64,000 nucleotides of DNA from an uncultured Alphaproteobacteria bacterium (GCA_963806075.1 CAWDWT010000023.1:2763-66762); one strand, 5' to 3'. Counted from the stretch's first letter, positions 19,563 to 31,112 are shown. A program made the numbers and translations. The notes: generated from the letters alone by a model not told the origin.

Positions 19563-19699
19563 CGCAGGTCTATCGCCGATCCAGCGCAACGGCAAATTTT
19601 GGCGCCTTCCTCCGAACCGGCCGAAACCAGCCTCCTGTCCGTCCGGAATCGTAACTTCAGCGGCCAATAACGGCGGCCTCGGCCAAGCCGGTGCCGGCG

Positions 19700-20881
19700 T
19701 CACGCCGCGACGTCGGCGACGACCGTGTCGAGCAGCGGCGCGCCCATCGGGGTGACGCGGATGCGCCCGCGGGCGTCGAGCTCGATGAAGCCGTCCTCGA
19801 CGAGGCTCTTGAGCCGGTCGCGATCGATCTCGCGCCCGCTCAGCTTCTCAAAGCGCCGGGGATCGACCCCCTCGCGCAGTCTCAATCCCATCAGCAGGAA
19901 CTCGTCGCCCTGCTCCTCGCGGCTCAGGGGCGTGTTCTCGACGAGGCCGTGGCCTTCGGTCTCGACCTGCGTCAGCCACATCTCGGGGTGGCGTTCGGTC
20001 TCCTGGGCGAGCCGGCCCTTGGCTGTCGCGAGCCGTCCGTGCGCGCCCGGGCCGACGCCGGCATATTCGCCATAGCGCCAGTAAATGAGGTTGTGGCGGC
20101 TCTCGCCGCCGGGGCGCGCGTGATTGGAGACCTCATAGGCCGGAAGTCCGCGCGCCTCCGTCAGCTCGCGCGTGGCCGAGAACAGGGCGAGCGCCAGGTC
20201 TTCGTCGGGGAGCTGCAATTTGCCGGCGTCCCGCAGGCGCTCGAAGATCGTGTCGGGCTCGATCGTCAGCTGATAGAGCGAGACATGGTCGCCAACGAGA
20301 TCGAGCGCTCGCTTGAGCTCGGACCGCCAGTCGGCCTCGGTCTGCCCGGGCCGGGCATAGATGAGATCGAAGGTGAAGCGGGGAAAGAGCGAAGCCGCGA
20401 GCTTCACCGCCTCCAGCGCCTCCTCCACCGTGTGCTTGCGCCCGAGCGTCTTGAGAGCGGCGTCGCTCAGCGACTGCACTCCGATCGACAGGCGGTTGAC
20501 TCCCGCGGCGCGATAGCCGCGAAACCGCCCCGCCTCGACGCTGGTCGGATTGGCTTCGAGGGTGATCTCCGCCGCGGGATCGAGCCGCCACTTCGCCGCG
20601 ATCGCGTCGATGACCCCCTGGATGGTCTGCGGACGCATCAGCGAGGGCGTGCCGCCGCCAAAGAACACAGAGGCGACGGTTCGACCGGGCGTTAGCGCGG
20701 CGCGATGGGCGATCTCGGCCCTGAATGCCGCCAGATACCGCTCCTCGTCGATCGGCGAGCCGCGAACGTGACTGTTGAAGTCGCAATAGGGGCACTTCGA
20801 CAGGCAGAACGGCCAATGCACGTAGACCCCGAACCCGGGATCGACGTCGGGCGCCGGGCGCGCAATCTGGTCCCGAATCAT
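19700..20881 (-). CDS. hemW: Radical SAM heme chaperone HemW (HemN-like)
   Basis: YVHWPFCLSKCPYCDFNSH, FFGGGTPS, EITLEANP, YEVSNHA...SRHNLIYW, GVGPGAHG. Confidence 0.92.
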   Translation of the reverse strand: MIRDQIARPAPDVDPGFGVYVHWPFCLSKCPYCDFNSHVRGSPIDEERYLAAFRAEIAHRAALTPGRTVASVFFGGGTPSLMRPQTIQGVIDAIAAKWRLDPAAEITLEANPTSVEAGRFRGYRAAGVNRLSIGVQSLSDAALKTLGRKHTVEEALEAVKLAASLFPRFTFDLIYARPGQTEADWRSELKRALDLVGDHVSLYQLTIEPDTIFERLRDAGKLQLPDEDLALALFSATRELTEARGLPAYEVSNHARPGGESRHNLIYWRYGEYAGVGPGAHGRLATAKGRLAQETERHPEMWLTQVETEGHGLVENTPLSREEQGDEFLLMGLRLREGVDPRRFEKLSGREIDRDRLKSLVEDGFIELDARGRIRVTPMGAPLLDTVVADVAA

Positions 20882-20937
20882 GCGCTCGTTATGCCAGCGA
20901 ACGGCTTGTCGCGCCAGCGAGCCGACCTTCAAAAGCG

Positions 20938-22051
<1,114 letters not shown>

Positions 22052-22090
22052 GGCTCTTCGATCACTTTCGAAATCCGGTCCCTCATCAAA

Positions 22091-22213
22091 GAGGTTCGGG
22101 CGCAGCGGGTTGCGGAGATAACCTATTTGACCTGGACCGCCGACGGGCTCTTGCGACATATGGTTTTCATTGGGCTCCGATCCGACAAGTCCGCAACCGA
22201 GGTTCGTCGGGAA
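22091..22213 (+). pseudogene. Remnant of a LigD/ATP-dependent ligase C-terminal OB domain
   Basis: [41 protein letters not shown]; no start or ligase core upstream. Confidence 0.75.
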
Positions 22214-22251
22214 AGCCCACAGAGCAACCGTACGCGAGAGCGAAATCAGGC

Positions 22252-23353
22252 ATGGAGTGGATTGACTGCCTCGTAATCGGCGCCGGAGCCCTCGGCCTGG
22301 CCGCAGCGCCGAGCGCTCGCTCGCTCGGGGCGCGAGGTGATTATTGTTGAGAGCGAAGGCGCTATCGGTTCGGGCGTCAGCTCGCGCAACAGCGAGGTGA
22401 TCCACGCCGGCATCTATTACCCGACCGGCCTCGACAAGACGCGGTTGTGCATCGACGGCAAGGCGATGCTGTACGACTTTTGCCGCGACTACAGTGTTCC
22501 GCACAAGCGCTGCGGCAAGCTGCTCGTGGCGACAAGCGAAAAGGAAATCGGGCAAGCTCGCGGCGATCAAGGCCCAGGCCGAAGCCAACGGCGTCACGGA
22601 TCTCGTCTGGCTCAGCGGGGCGGCAGCGCGGGCGCTCGAACCCGGCGCTGGTCGCCGAGCAGGCTTTGCTCTCGCCCTCGACCGGGATTATCGACAGCCA
22701 TGCCTTCATGCTGGCGCTTCACGGCGACGCCGAGCGGCACGGGGCGATGATCGCGCTGGAGACGCCGGTCGTCGGCGGCGAAGTCGATCCGCGCGGGCTG
22801 ATCATCGAGACCGGCGGCGCGAACCCGTCGCGGATCGGCGCAAAGCTCGTCGTCAATGCGGCCGGGCTCGGCGCGCAGGGTGTCGCGCGGTCGATTTCCC
22901 AAATGCCCCGCGACAGGATTCCGGCGCTGCATCTCGCCAAGGGCAACTATTTTTCGCTGGCGATGCGCTCGCCCTTCTCGCGTCTCATCTATCCGATGCC
23001 GGCGGAAGGCGGGCTCGGCGTGCATCTGACCCTCGATCTCGCGGGGCGGGCGCGCTTCGGGCCCGACGTCGAATGGATCGAGGCGATCGACTACGCCGTC
23101 GATCCGAAACGCGCCGAGAGCTTCTACGCCGCCATTCGAACCTATTGGCCAGAATTGCCGGACGGCTCGCTGCAGCCGGACTATTCCGGCATCAGGCCAA
23201 AAATCGCCCGGCCGGGCGGCTCCAACACTGACTTTCGTCATCCAGACCGAAAAAGATCACGGCGTCGCCGGGTTAATCAATCTGTTTGGGATCGAGTCGC
23301 CAGGACTGACCGCCAGCCTGGCGATTGCCGAATGGATTGCGCGGCTGACTTGA
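22252..23353 (+). CDS. FAD-dependent oxidoreductase, L-2-hydroxyglutarate oxidase (LhgO) family; several indels
   Basis: [77 protein letters not shown]. Confidence 0.88.
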
Positions 23354-23518
23354 AGATCGCCTCGCCAGGGGCGAGGGATCGAGGCGAGCGGAAGCGGACG
23401 TCGACCAGCTCGAGGAGACCGTTAAACTCGTTGGCGAGGCCAGCGGCGCCGCGGCCGGACCAAGCCAGCGAACGCGCGGGGCGCGCGTTCGCCAGGGCGG
23501 AGTCTTACACGGAAAGCG

Positions 23519-23609
23519 CGTCTCGCGGCGAAGCGTGGCGATCCAGGGGCCACCGCCGCGGCCCTACGATCCCCTGGATCGCCGCGTCGCTCCGCTCCTC
23601 GCGATGACG
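23519..23609. repeat. REP/RPE-like palindromic element, left arm partly deleted
   Basis: GCGTGGCGATCCAGGGG...CCCCTGGATCGCCGCGTCGCTCCGCTCCTCGCGATGACG. Confidence 0.7.
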
Positions 23610-23684
23610 TTGCCGTCAAAGCGCGACGTGCGCTAGTGCGCGCTACCGTGTAGCCGCCGCGAAATGCCGCCCTCGGGTCAAACT

Positions 23685-23933
23685 CTAGAAGCGAGGGCAG
23701 CCGTGTATGAGGATCTCGGTCGCCTGCGAAATGGCGCGCACCGCCGTCTCGTCGTACATGACGGCGTGACCCTGCTTGACCAGCGTCAGCAAATCCTCTC
23801 TATTGTAGTGTCCGTCCGGCTTCTTCTTGAGGTGGGCGATGTGCTCAGCCGTCGTGGTGAAGACCGAGACGGGGTGATGACTCACGAGCACCACGCTTTT
23901 CGCGCCTTCCAAAAAGGGGGCTGCGCAGACCAT
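23685..23933 (-). CDS. Hypothetical protein, 82 aa
   Basis: Strong SD (GAAGGGAGG) 5 nt before the ATG; GC3-biased codons; no family recognised. Confidence 0.65.
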   Translation of the reverse strand: MVCAAPFLEGAKSVVLVSHHPVSVFTTTAEHIAHLKKKPDGHYNREDLLTLVKQGHAVMYDETAVRAISQATEILIHGCPRF

Positions 23934-24451
23934 TGTATCCTCCCTTCGCTAAGGTTCACGATGAATGCGATTTATAGGTTCTAGCGCGTCGCAACGCATA
24001 TCTGCACTCGCTGATACGACGCTGATCCTTGCTCCGGCACATTCCTTACATGCCTGAATCCGGCGCTTCGTCGCAGACACCTCAACTCGAGGAGCGAAGA
24101 TTTTGTTCTTCGCGAATGCAATAGCAACCTGTCACGCAGCCGTCGACAAAGCAAGGACGTTCACGCTGGCGCCGCCCGCGGCGACCGGGCGAACCGGGAG
24201 CTGGGCGGACAGCCAATGCGGCGAAAAGCCGCCAGCGGCCTTCCGCAAGTCTCTGGCGATGCTATGCCGCGCGCGCCAAAATTACCGTCCTCAGATGCGC
24301 TCCTGTCCGCCGTCGCAGTGCCGGAGCCGCTCCGTCCGGGCGGCTCGGCGGCCGTTTCGTTTGTCGTCCTCCATAGGCCGACACAAGGGCGATACACGAG
24401 GCCGCTATCGTCCCCACGCATCACACCAACTCGGTTAGAGGAGCATTCGAG

Positions 24452-24991
24452 ATGAAAAACTCCAAAGCTGTTGCTATGGCTATTGTCGGACTTTTTGCGG
24501 TCGCCGATATCGAATTTGCCCATGCCAAGGTCTCGACGTTCGATTGGACGCTAACCGGACCTTCCCCGAGCCTCGGCGGAGTCCCCTTCCCGGGCAGTGG
24601 CACGATCACAGCGACTGAGGCGACCGGCGGTGCCTGGGACTTGGACACGATCACGGGCGAAGTGGGCGGAAGCGCCATCACTGGGAAGACAACTTTTTTC
24701 GGTAGCGACAATTTGGTGTTCCCGGCTGGCACGACATTTGTCGACACAAGTCGCATAGCGTTCACAACCGCCGCGGGACAAAGCGTCAATATCTTCAGCT
24801 TTTTCCCGATAGGGACGCCCCGCTCGGGCAGTGCCTACGGCCAGTTCGCAACGAACGGTTTTGGCGTGGGCACGTTCACGCTGACCGCGGTTCCCGAACC
24901 GTCAACCTGGGCGATGATGGTCCTCGGCTTCGCTGTTCTCGCATTCGCGGGCTATCGGACGTCGCGAACGGTCGCCTCAATCGCCGCTTGA
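24452..24991 (+). CDS. PEP-CTERM (PEPxxWA) sorting-domain surface protein
   Basis: Signal peptide; Thr/Gly-rich body; VPEPSTWAMMVLGFAVLAFAGYRTSR tail; GAGGAG SD. Confidence 0.92.
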   Translation: MKNSKAVAMAIVGLFAVADIEFAHAKVSTFDWTLTGPSPSLGGVPFPGSGTITATEATGGAWDLDTITGEVGGSAITGKTTFFGSDNLVFPAGTTFVDTSRIAFTTAAGQSVNIFSFFPIGTPRSGSAYGQFATNGFGVGTFTLTAVPEPSTWAMMVLGFAVLAFAGYRTSRTVASIAA

Positions 24992-25089
24992 TCGACAGCA
25001 TCCCGACGATGGGATGGTCGCCGGTGAGGGCGGCCCTGTCGTCATACGGCTCGCGGACCGCTACGCAATCGTGCATACGCCGAGCCGCT

Positions 25090-25321
25090 TCAGCCCGAAC
25101 CCTTGGGCGGGCCACCTTTCCGCTCCGCGATCCGTGCAGTGTGCGCAGTATAGCGTTCGTGATTCACCTCACGTGAGTGCTCGCGACCGCATTTTCGCGC
25201 AAACGAATATCTGGAGTTCGATATCAAGGGCCGGAACCTCTGGCTCGATACCTTTGAAGAGCAACACACCGTCGCAATGTTCGCAGTGCGGGGATGGCAG
25301 CGGTTGAACGAGGTTGCGCAT
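25090..25321 (-). CDS. Small zinc-ribbon-like protein; one indel in an A run near 25192
   Basis: MRNLVQPLPSPHCEHCDGVLLFK...IFVCAK/CGREHSREV; two CxxC pairs; GGAGGGAG SD. Confidence 0.65.
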
Positions 25322-25351
25322 GTGCTCCCTCCATTCCACGGACGTCGCAAG

Positions 25352-25377
25352 AACGCGGCGGGCGCTCAAAATGTTCC
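25352..25377 (-). promoter_or_regulatory. EcfG/sigma-T-type general-stress promoter
   Basis: GGAAC-N17-CGTT on the minus strand, 30 bp upstream of the zinc-ribbon ATG. Confidence 0.6.
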
Positions 25378-25637
25378 GTCATTTACGATTTGGACCAAAG
25401 TCCGACGCGCTCATCGTGGCGCGCATGACGGGGAAGAAAGTCGGCGTCGACGCGGCGATGCGAGTGCTCGGGCACTTGAACGAATGGCACGCCAGGCCGC
25501 CAGGCCGAGCCACTGGCTGGTCTTCGCGGGATACGTTTTGCCCTAAGGTGCGTTTGACTTAATAACCAATGCGACATGAAAAGGCCGCGCTGGCGAAGCG
25601 GCCATCTCTAAGTCGTTGCTTAAGTTCGCTTTGGATG

Positions 25638-25715
25638 TGGTAGCGGGACCCGGACTTCGAACCGGGGACCTACGGATTATGATTTCGCCGCTCTAACCAG
25701 CTGAGCTATCCCGCC
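25638..25715 (-). tRNA. tRNA-Met(CAT), probably elongator
   Basis: GGCGGGATAGCTCAGCTGGTTAGAGCGGCGAAATCATAATCCGTAGGTCCCCGGTTCGAAGTCCGGGTCCCGCTACCA; paired 1-72, encoded CCA, one extra base in the T loop. Confidence 0.92.
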
Positions 25716-25805
25716 GCATCGACCGCACGAGGCGCCGGCCTTTCGGGCGAAGCGGCGATATAGTGAGACGCTCATGAGCCTGTCAAGGCGAGCGCGGCCG
25801 CAGGG

Positions 25806-26901
25806 TCACTCCGCCGCCGGCGTCTCGGGGAAGATGCGGGTCACGTGGCCCATCTTGCGGTCCGGGCGGATTTCGAGCTTGCCGTAGAGATGCAGGCAGA
25901 GGTCGGGCTGGGCGAGGATGTCGCGCCATTCCTCCGCGTCCTCGCCGATCAGATTGTGCATTTCGGCCCGGCCGCGCCGCGTCGCCGCGCCGAGCGGCCA
26001 GCCGGCGATGGCGCGGATGTGCTGCTCGAACTGCGAGGTCTGCGCGCCCTCGAGCGTCCAGTGAGCCGAATTGTGGACGCGGGGCGCGATCTCGTTGACG
26101 ACCAGCCCCTCGCGGCCCTGCCGGTCTCTGGTCACGAAGAGTTCGACCGCGAGCACGCCGACATAGTCGAGCGCCTCGAGGATCGTGCTCGCAATTCGCC
26201 TCGCTTCGAGCTCCGTCTCGGCGCTGACGCGCGCCGGCGCGCGGGTCCTCGCCGAGGATGTGCTTCTCGTGCTCGTTCTCGCTGAGGTCGAAGGCGACGA
26301 TCTCCCCCTCGAGGCTGCGGGCGGCGACGACCGACGCCTCGCGCTCGAAGGCGACAAAACCCTCGAGGATCATCGGCGCCGAACCCAGCGCCCGGTGGAC
26401 CGCGGCGACGTTCGAGCCCTCGCGGATCAGCGACTGGCCCTTGCCGTCGTAGCCGAACCGCCGGGTCTTCAAGATCGCCGGGCGGCCGAGTTCCGCGACC
26501 GCGCGGGCGAGCGCGCCGGCGTCCTCGACCCCGACGAAGGCCGCGGTTTTCATGCCCAAATCGCGCAGGAAGGTCTTTCTCGACGAGCCGGTCCTGGGTC
26601 AGCGCCAGCGCGCGCGCGCCGGGCCGGACCGGCACGCGCCCGGCCAAAAATTCGACGGTCTTGACCGGACGTTCTCGAATTCGTAGGTCACGACATCGAC
26701 CGCTTCGGCGAACCGCGCCAGCGCTTCCTCGTCGTCGAAAGCCGCGACCGTTCGCGCCGCGGCGGCGTCGTAAGCCGGGGCCACGGCCTCGGGCGCAAAA
26801 ATGTGGGTGCGCAGTCCCACTTTCAGCGCGGCGATCGCGAGCATGCGCCCGAGCTGGCCGGCCCCGAGGATGCCGATTGTCGCGCCCGGACCGAGTATCA
26901 T
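25806..26901 (-). CDS. purK: N5-carboxyaminoimidazole ribonucleotide synthase; indels
   Basis: [53 protein letters not shown]...RKMGHVT; ATGA overlap with the purE stop. Confidence 0.95.
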
Positions 26902-27359
26902 TGCTTGACGGCCTCGTCGGCGGGGCGCTCGGCGACCTCGGCCGTGCGCTCGGCGCGCCAGGCCTCGAGCCGCGCCGCGAGCCCGTCGTCGGAAAGGGCG
27001 AGCACCGCGCAGGCAAGGAGCGCCGCGTTGACCGCGCCCGCGTCGCCAATCGCGAGCGTCCCGACCGGCACGCCGGCCGGCATCTGCACGATCGAGAGGA
27101 GACTGTCCTGGCCCGAGAGCGCCTTCGACGGGACCGGCACGCCGAAAACCGGCAGCGTCGTGAAAGCCGCAGTCATGCCCGGCAGATGTGCGGCCCCTCC
27201 GGCGCCGGCGATGACGACCTTGAAACCCTGGCTCTTCGCGGCCTTGGCGAAAGCGACCAGCCGGTCGGGCGTGCGGTGGGCCGAGACGATCCGGGCGTCA
27301 TATCCGACGCCAAGCGCTTCGAGCGTCTCTGCGGACCGGCGCATGACCGCCCAGTCCGA
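26898..27359 (-). CDS. purE: N5-CAIR mutase lacking its native N-terminus (fused to the DUF459 ORF)
   Basis: SDWAVMR...[11 protein letters not shown]...[13 protein letters not shown]...[23 protein letters not shown]; the usual IIMGS before SDW is missing. Confidence 0.92.
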   Translation of the reverse strand, partial: SDWAVMRRSAETLEALGVGYDARIVSAHRTPDRLVAFAKAAKSQGFKVVIAGAGGAAHLPGMTAAFTTLPVFGVPVPSKALSGQDSLLSIVQMPAGVPVGTLAIGDAGAVNAALLACAVLALSDDGLAARLEAWRAERTAEVAERPADEAVKQ

Positions 27360-28256
27360 GGTTGCCCTGGCGCCGCGCACCGCAGGAAGCCCGACCCACA
27401 CCACCGGCACGCCCTTGGACTTGAGCACTCCGATCAGTTCTTCGATCTTCTTGGTGTAGAGTTCGACCCAGCGTTCATCGCGGAATTCATAGAGGCCGTT
27501 CGGCGTGCGCGGCTTCCCGGGCGCGGTGGTCGGCGGCGCGTCGTTGTCGGCGTCGTCCTGCGGCAATTCGGTATCGACCGCTTTGTCGTCGGGCTTTGCG
27601 GCCTCTGGCGCCTCGCCGGGCTTGCTTCCCTCCGCGGCGGGCTTGGTCCCAGCGGCAGGTTTACCTTTGGCGTCTTTTTTCTCGTCTTTTTTCTCGCCTT
27701 TTTTATCCGGTTTTTCGGCCGCCGGCTCCCGGATCGCGACGCGGTCGTTGAGGCCGAGCATCACCACGATCGCGTCGGGCTTCTCGGTGGCGAGGAAACC
27801 CTTGGCGGCAGCGGCCCAGTCGGCCGGATCGCCCTTGGGCTGATACCGGATCAGGCCCGAAGTCGCCTTGGCCCGGCGCATCACGCCCATGTCAGGCTGA
27901 TCGGCATAGGCATCCTCGAGGCCATAAGCGAGCCAGTCCGCCATGCCGTCGCCGAGCACCATTATATTGCGCGCGGGCGGTGCGGCCGAGGAATCGCGCT
28001 TCTCCGGCGGCGGCGCCTTGGAGAAGTCCTCGCGGATCACCCGCTCCCGTCTGGGCTGCTGTTGCTGTTGGAATGGCGCGAACAGGTCGCCGCCGCCGAA
28101 CCAGCCGCCGCCGCGCGGCTGGGCCCGCGGAGGTCCGCCGAAATTGAAAAATTGCGCCGAAGCCGGTCCGACCACCCCAAGCAACAGCGCAACCGCGACC
28201 GCGATCAGCGGGCCGGCATCGGTGAACACCCGGAGAAATGATCTTGGTCGGGCCAT
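27360..28256 (-). CDS. DUF459 (SGNH/GDSL-like) exported protein, C-terminally truncated at the junction
   Basis: Signal peptide; [38 protein letters not shown]; the expected C-terminal catalytic block is absent. Confidence 0.8.
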
Positions 28257-28472
28257 GTGTATCGGGCCATGCACATCGGTCGGGGACAAGAAAATCTGGC
28301 AATCGCCATACTAGCGGAATCAGGCCGCAAGCGGGCCAATTCCGCCACTATAAGTCGGGGTATCGGCCACTTCCGTCAAGGGCGGCGCGGTAATGTTCCG
28401 TCGAGGGTTACCGCGCACCGGAACAGTTCGCCGAGCGCTGGAACCGGGTGTCGGTGCCAAAACCGGCTTTAA

Positions 28473-29898
28473 TCACCGCCCACGGAGCCGATCCAGTACG
28501 TCGGAGGAAGCAAATCCGTCCGCAGGCGCTCCGATCGAGGCCTGGAAGTTGCGCAGTGCGTTGCGGGTCTCGCCGCCGAACTGGCCGTCCGGGGTGCCGC
28601 GGTAGAAGCCGCGCTGGGCCAAAAGCTGCTGCAATTCCAGCCGTTCGGCGCGCGACAGCTCGCGTTCCTGCCGCGGCCAGGGTTGCACGAACGGCGCGCC
28701 GCCGCGAAGCCGGTCGGCGAAATGGCCGATCGCCAGCGCATACGCCTCGGCCGGGTTATACTTCATGATCACGCGGAAATTCTGCAGCATCAGGAAGCCC
28801 GGTCCCTCGGCCCCGGCCGGAGCCAGCAGGTAGGCCTTCTCGCCTGGGTGCGGAAACGGCTTGCCGTCGGCATGCTGCAGGCCGAGATGCTCCCATTGCG
28901 CCAGCGTCATCACCTTGGCGCGGTCGGCCAGCATGTAGTTGAAGCCCTGCGGCACCGTGACCTCGTAGCCCCAGGTCTGGCCAGGCTGCCAGCCGTCCTT
29001 TTTCAGATTGTTGGCGGTCGAGGCGATCAAATCGGCGGGATCGTCGACCACGTCGCGGCGTCCATCGCCATCGGCATCGACCGCATAGCGTTTGAAGGCG
29101 GTCGGCATGAACTGGGTGGGACCGAACGCGCCCGCCCAGGAGCCGCGCATCTGCTCGGGTCGCAGGTCGCCATGGTGCAGGATTTCCAGCGCGGAAAGGA
29201 ACTCGTCCTTGAAATAGGCCTGGCGACGGCCGATGCAGGCCAGCGTCGCGGTCGATTGCAGTACGCTGCGATCGCCCATCTGCGTCGAATAATTGGATTC
29301 GATGCCCCAGATCGCCGCCACGATATAGCGGTCGACGCCATAGGCTTTTTCCGCCGCATCGAATTGCGGCCTGTATTTGGCGATGATTTCGCGGCCCTTG
29401 GCGAGCCTGTTGTCGTTCACCAGGATGTCGAGATAGTCCCAGATCGATTTGGTGAATTCCGGCTGCGAGTCCATCAGGTCCATGATGCGCAGATCGGGCG
29501 TCAGCCCGGCGGTGAAGCGCTGGAAACTCTCCTGCGAGATGTTACGGCGCGCCGCGTCGGGCCACATCGCCGCGACGCAATGGTCGAAATTGGCGGCCGC
29601 CTCGCGGATCGCGCTGGCCGTCATCAGGGGATGGCCGGAGGCACCGTCCTCGCCGCTCCAGGGCAGCGCTCCGCTGTTGCCTGAGGAGGCTGCGGCGCCG
29701 GGCTGTGTTGTCGGGGCGGCCTGGTTTGTCGTCTGATTTGCCTTGGGAGTCGAGCCAGTGAAAATGTTGTTGAGGAAGTTGAGCGGCCCGCCTCCGCTGG
29801 AGGACTGCGCGTGCGCCTTGCCGCCGAGCAGCAAGCGCCGCCGCCAGCATCAATGCTGCGGTTCGCTTGTTCGCCAAAAATCCGGTCCGTTCAGTCAT
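28473..29898 (-). CDS. Lytic murein transglycosylase (MltB/SLT_2) with C-terminal peptidoglycan-binding domain; indel in the signal region
   Basis: QPEFTKSIWDYL, AIWGIESNY, GSWAGAFGPTQFMPT, VDADGDGRRD, NFRVIMKYN, LQQLLA..GF...DG..G..TR.A. Confidence 0.92.
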
Positions 29899-30114
29899 GT
29901 TCTATCCGTCGTGCCAAAACCCCTCTTTCAGGAGGCCCTGTCGCGGTTTCCACCAGCTTAACAAAGGGCGCGTTTTGTTGGCAGAAATGTTGCTGGGCCA
30001 ATCATCCCCGGGAACCACGCACATCCGCCTTTGTTCACGGCCGCAAACCGGCTACCAATTCGCCGTTCCCACCCGCTGCTTCCACCTGCCGCCAGAAGGC
30101 CTGACGACATCCCT

Positions 30115-30993
30115 ATGAAAATCCGCAAAGCCGTTTTCCCGGTCGCCGGCCTCGGCACCCGTGTCCTGCCCGCCACCAAGGCGATGCCGAAGGAAATGCT
30201 CACCATCGTTGACAAGCCGCTGATCCAGTACGTGGTCGACGAGGCCCGGGAAGCCGGCATCGAGCATTTCATCTTCGTCACCGGCCGCAACAAGGGCGTG
30301 ATCGAGGATCATTTCGATCGCATGTACGAACTTGACGCGACCCTCGCGGCGCGCGGCAAGAAGACCGAGCAAAAGATTTTGGCGCGCGATCAGCCCGAAG
30401 CCGGTGCCATGAGTTTCACCCGCCAGCAGGCGCCGCTTGGCCTTGGCCACGCGGTATGGTGCGCCCGCGACATCGTCGGAAACGAGCCGTTCGCGGTGAT
30501 GCTGCCCGACGAGTTGGTGCTGAACACGCCGGGCTGTCTCAAACAGATGATCGAGGCAGCGTGCAAGCTTGGCGACAAGTCCAATCTGATCGCGGTCGAG
30601 GGCGTGCCCGAACATCTCACGCATCAATATGGAATCTGCGGGGTTGGCGCGCGTCACGGCAGCAACTTGTTCGAAGTCGATGGCATGGTGGAGAAGCCGC
30701 CCAAGGGCACCGCGCCGTCAAACCTGTCGATCACCGGGCGCTACATCCTGCAGCCGGAAATCTTCAGGATCCTCGAGACCCAGGAGCGCGGCGCCGGCGG
30801 TGAGATCCAGCTCACGGACGCGATGATCGGGCTCGCCAAAACTCAGCGCTTCTACGGCGTCGAGTTCGAGGGCGAGCGGCATGATTGCGGCTCAAGGGCT
30901 GGCTTCCTCCGTGCCAATATCGCCTACGGCATGGCGCGCGCGGACTTGCGCGATGGCCTGCGCGCGGAGATGAAACGTTATCTGGAGAAATAA
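30115..30993 (+). CDS. galU: UTP--glucose-1-phosphate uridylyltransferase
   Basis: KAVFPVAGLGTRVLPATKAMPKEML, RQQAPLGLGHAV, VEKP, GEIQLTDAM. Confidence 0.96.
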   Translation: MKIRKAVFPVAGLGTRVLPATKAMPKEMLTIVDKPLIQYVVDEAREAGIEHFIFVTGRNKGVIEDHFDRMYELDATLAARGKKTEQKILARDQPEAGAMSFTRQQAPLGLGHAVWCARDIVGNEPFAVMLPDELVLNTPGCLKQMIEAACKLGDKSNLIAVEGVPEHLTHQYGICGVGARHGSNLFEVDGMVEKPPKGTAPSNLSITGRYILQPEIFRILETQERGAGGEIQLTDAMIGLAKTQRFYGVEFEGERHDCGSRAGFLRANIAYGMARADLRDGLRAEMKRYLEK

Positions 30994-30999
30994 GAAAGC

Positions 31000-31099
31000 C
31001 TCATGGTGAACAGGCGCGCTAGCGCCGTCTCGAACCAGGGGACGCGCGTGCTGTGGCCCATCCTTCGAGACGCGGCGAAGACGTCGCTACTCAGATGAG
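31000..31099. repeat. Degenerate intergenic palindromic repeat (CTCAT...CGTCTCGAA family)
   Basis: CTCAT...GGCGCGCTAGCGCCGTCTCGAA...TTCGAGACGC...ATGAG between convergent genes. Confidence 0.65.
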
Positions 31100-31112
31100 C
31101 TCATCGAGCTCC

